Shown in pieces: positions 61,617 to 64,000 of a stretch of DNA of 64,000 nt. Positions within the stretch are counted from its first letter, which is position 1. Each line of letters opens with the position of its first letter. The notes under the pieces are model-generated. The model searched no databases. It was not told the DNA's origin and worked only from the letters and a program-made list of their open reading frames with translations. Origin of the DNA: Candidatus Marinacidobacterales bacterium (GTDB lineage Bacteria > Acidobacteriota > Vicinamibacteria > Marinacidobacterales > DATDRI01). Made by a program: the position numbers and the translations under genes. The stretch covers positions 1,536,001-1,600,000 of the forward strand of contig OZ245365.1 in NCBI GenBank assembly GCA_965226495.1, given 5' to 3'.

Positions 61617-61723
61617 TCAATTAATGGCGCGGGGCCCAGGCTTCTATTAGTCGCGCCCGCACTCCACGTTCGGGCGCTAGCCGCTACGCCGCCTTCGCGG
61701 CTGCGCGGCAGCTGAAGGCTCTC
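61617..61723. repeat. REP-like element family 1 copy
   Basis: Ends shared with the element at 53352-53494. Confidence 0.6.
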
Positions 61724-61734
61724 CGCCTGGCGGC

Positions 61735-62250
61735 TTACGCGCCGGGCATGAAGCGCCGAATATAATCACGGATCGCGTCTCTCGTACTAGTGAAGGCCAG
61801 CTCGTCCCAAGGGATCCTTTCTGGCTCGTAGCCTCGCACTTCCAGGCACTCATCGGCCGCCATGAGCTTGCCTCCGATGACTTCCGCGGCAAAGACCAAT
61901 ACCACAACCGGGGTGTTGGCGTAGGAGTAGACGTTGAGCAACTCGGAGAGCTGGACCTCTACGTTCATCTCCTCTTTCGTCTCTCTGAGGGCCGCCGCTT
62001 CGATGGTTTCGCCCCTATCCACGAATCCACCAGGAAACACCCACTTGCCGTATGACGGTTCGATCGCGCGTCGAGCGAGTATAATCTTTCCGTCGAGCGC
62101 GAAGATCGTTCCGGCGGCGACTTTGGGGTCAAGAAAGAAAACGAACTCACACTTCGAGCAAACCAGACGCTCAGGTTCTCCCAACTTGAGGAGTCTGGAT
62201 TCTAGTTGCCCGCCACAGCGGGGACAAAACTTGTACTCTTCGCCCGCCAA
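61735..62250 (-). CDS. NUDIX hydrolase with N-terminal zinc ribbon
   Basis: FCPRCG...VCSKC, GGFVDRGETIEAAALRETKEE, PWDELAF. Confidence 0.9.
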   Translation of the reverse strand: MAGEEYKFCPRCGGQLESRLLKLGEPERLVCSKCEFVFFLDPKVAAGTIFALDGKIILARRAIEPSYGKWVFPGGFVDRGETIEAAALRETKEEMNVEVQLSELLNVYSYANTPVVVLVFAAEVIGGKLMAADECLEVRGYEPERIPWDELAFTSTRDAIRDYIRRFMPGA

Positions 62251-62379
62251 CGATCGTCCCTTCGCCAGTTGGAGGAAACGATTTGATTCACCGATGATGA
62301 AGCCGCGAATGTATCACTCCCGTTCCGCGAGTGTCAACGAATCCACGCCCCCTGTCAGGTCGAGAAAGGACGAAGTCCC

Positions 62380-63330
62380 ATGGCTCTGTTCTTCACCGAA
62401 GAAGATGTAACACGCCTCCTCACCATGGATGACGCGGTATCCGCAGTCGAAGATGCGTTTCGTCAGCTTGGCGAAGGAAGCGCCGTCAATTGTCCCCGGG
62501 CGCGGGTTGGACTTCCCGGCACCATGCTGCATGTGATGCCCGCTGGAAGCGCCGAGTGGGGGCTGCTGGGCCTCAAAGCCTACATCGCGAAGCGTACCGG
62601 GGCTCGATTCCTATTCTACTTATACGGTACGAGTGGAGCTCTCCAGGCGGTGATAGAGGCCGATCGCTTGGGACAGATGCGGACGGGTGCCGCGAGCGGA
62701 GTCGCAACTCGATTCATGGCTCGGGAAGATGCGGCGACGGTTGGTCTGTATGGAACTGGCTGGCAGGCTCGCTCTCAGCTGGAGGCGGTGGCAAGGGTCC
62801 GACCGTTGAGCCGGGCGCGCGTCTTTGGCCGAGACCGAGAACGCCGGCGCCGATTTTGCGAGGAAATGAGCGAGTCCTTGGGCCTTGACGTGCAACCGAC
62901 AGAGGTACCAGAGGATATTCCTGTGGGCGCTGACATTCTCATAACTGCAACGACGTCGCGAGAGCCGGTCTTGCGCGGAGATTGGTTGCGCCCCGGGCAG
63001 CACATCAACGCCATCGGCGCGAACTTTGCGTACAAGAGGGAAGTGGACGGCGGGGTAGTGCGACGGTCGTCGTGCATCGTAGTTGACTCCAAGGAGCAGG
63101 CACTCCTGGAGTGTGGCGACCTCATTACTCCAGAATCGGAGGGCGAGCTCGCGTGGGACAACGTTTCGGAGTTGGGTCAGCTGGTGTGCGGAAAAGCGTT
63201 GGGTCGCAGGACGGACGAGGACATCACGCTTTTCGAATCGCAAGGAATCGCCATCGAGGACGTCGCGGTCGCGCGTAGGATCGTCGAGCTGGGACGGGAG
63301 CGGGGGGTGGGCGAAGTTCTACCCTTTTGA
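62380..63330 (+). CDS. Ornithine cyclodeaminase / mu-crystallin family protein
   Basis: MRTGAASGVAT, GTGWQA, HINAIGAN, ITLFESQG.AIED. Confidence 0.9.
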   Translation: MALFFTEEDVTRLLTMDDAVSAVEDAFRQLGEGSAVNCPRARVGLPGTMLHVMPAGSAEWGLLGLKAYIAKRTGARFLFYLYGTSGALQAVIEADRLGQMRTGAASGVATRFMAREDAATVGLYGTGWQARSQLEAVARVRPLSRARVFGRDRERRRRFCEEMSESLGLDVQPTEVPEDIPVGADILITATTSREPVLRGDWLRPGQHINAIGANFAYKREVDGGVVRRSSCIVVDSKEQALLECGDLITPESEGELAWDNVSELGQLVCGKALGRRTDEDITLFESQGIAIEDVAVARRIVELGRERGVGEVLPF

Positions 63331-63783
63331 CTTCGGACCTCCCTCCAACAGGGTGCGGGTAACCTGCTGCCCGTGCTCAAGCACTTCCTCCAGACGGCTT
63401 TGAAAGTGGATGCGGTTGGCCAGCTCCGCCAGTGGCCCGAGTGGAAGCTCGTACTCGATAATGTCGGTCATTCGCGTCCCTGCCCCTTCGGGGACGAACA
63501 GGTGAGTGTGGCGGTAATTCTGAAAAGGCCCCTCTGCCTGAACGTCCACGAACTGCGAAGGGGCTTCGTACTCCACGACCTCACCGGTCCAGTCGAACCG
63601 TAAGGGGCCAACGTGCATCGCGTACTTCAAAACCGCACCTTGCTTCAGGTACTTCGGCACCTCGACGATGTCAACGCGAAGATAAGGAGGAAGGATCTTG
63701 AGCAGATTACGTGGATTGTCATGGAATTGAAAGACCAGCTCGGTCGAGCCATTGATTAGGGTTGTACGCTCGACTCGGCTCAT
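63319..63783 (-). CDS. SRPBCC family protein
   Basis: VFQFHDNPRNL..I.PP, FVDVQAEGPF..YRHTHLF, TRMTD.IEYELPLG. Confidence 0.85.
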   Translation of the reverse strand: MSRVERTTLINGSTELVFQFHDNPRNLLKILPPYLRVDIVEVPKYLKQGAVLKYAMHVGPLRFDWTGEVVEYEAPSQFVDVQAEGPFQNYRHTHLFVPEGAGTRMTDIIEYELPLGPLAELANRIHFQSRLEEVLEHGQQVTRTLLEGGPKSKG

Positions 63784-63998
63784 GGCCGATCTGCCTCCCC
63801 TCGTTCCAGTGCTGCCCTCACGTTTTCCAGTCCGGTGCTGACTAGTTCTTCGAGCTTCTCTCGTACATAGAGTCTGTGGGCGACAGAACTGACCAGTCCT
63901 TTAGGCATCCGATACCTCAAGAGCTCTTGAACGCGAGTCGACGTTCCTTCCGGAGCGAAATGATGCTCATGGCTCCATTGAAGAAATCGACCGCGGCT
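63780..63998 (-). CDS. SRPBCC family protein, C-terminal part (runs off window end)
   Basis: Manual translation RGRFLQWSHEHHFAPEGTSTRVQELLRYRMPKGLV...RP*; ATGA overlap with the next gene. Confidence 0.7.
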   Translation of the reverse strand, partial: SRGRFLQWSHEHHFAPEGTSTRVQELLRYRMPKGLVSSVAHRLYVREKLEELVSTGLENVRAALERGEADRP

Positions 63999-64000
63999 CT

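Overview
GC-rich (roughly 60%) bacterial chromosomal segment with dense housekeeping content: lysA, ligA, fabI, a leuA-like gene, lpxA, hisC, lepB, ccdA, acpS, secA, guaB, tsaE, nnr, an ilvE-like gene and a tandem-domain thyX. It also encodes many lipoprotein peptidases and AlkP-superfamily enzymes. Gene style suggests Acidobacteriota (inference only). No rRNA, tRNA, CRISPR array, transposase or integrase was seen. Highlights: (1) a DUF309 gene interrupted by two tandem ~212-bp units; each carries a synonymously recoded replacement 5' end of the gene and a 15-nt antisense copy of the insertion site. (2) A 74-aa glutaredoxin-like selenoprotein with two in-frame TGA codons (UXX-star type), missed by the ORF track. 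(3) A DnaB-like protein lacking its ATPase motifs, divergent from a membrane TPR protein. (4) A two-gene bacterial microcompartment locus with a structured leader. (5) An MglA-like GTPase with a long C-terminal extension. (6) Many exact short tandem duplications and three frameshifts that may be biological or assembly artefacts. (7) Two families of REP-like palindromes.
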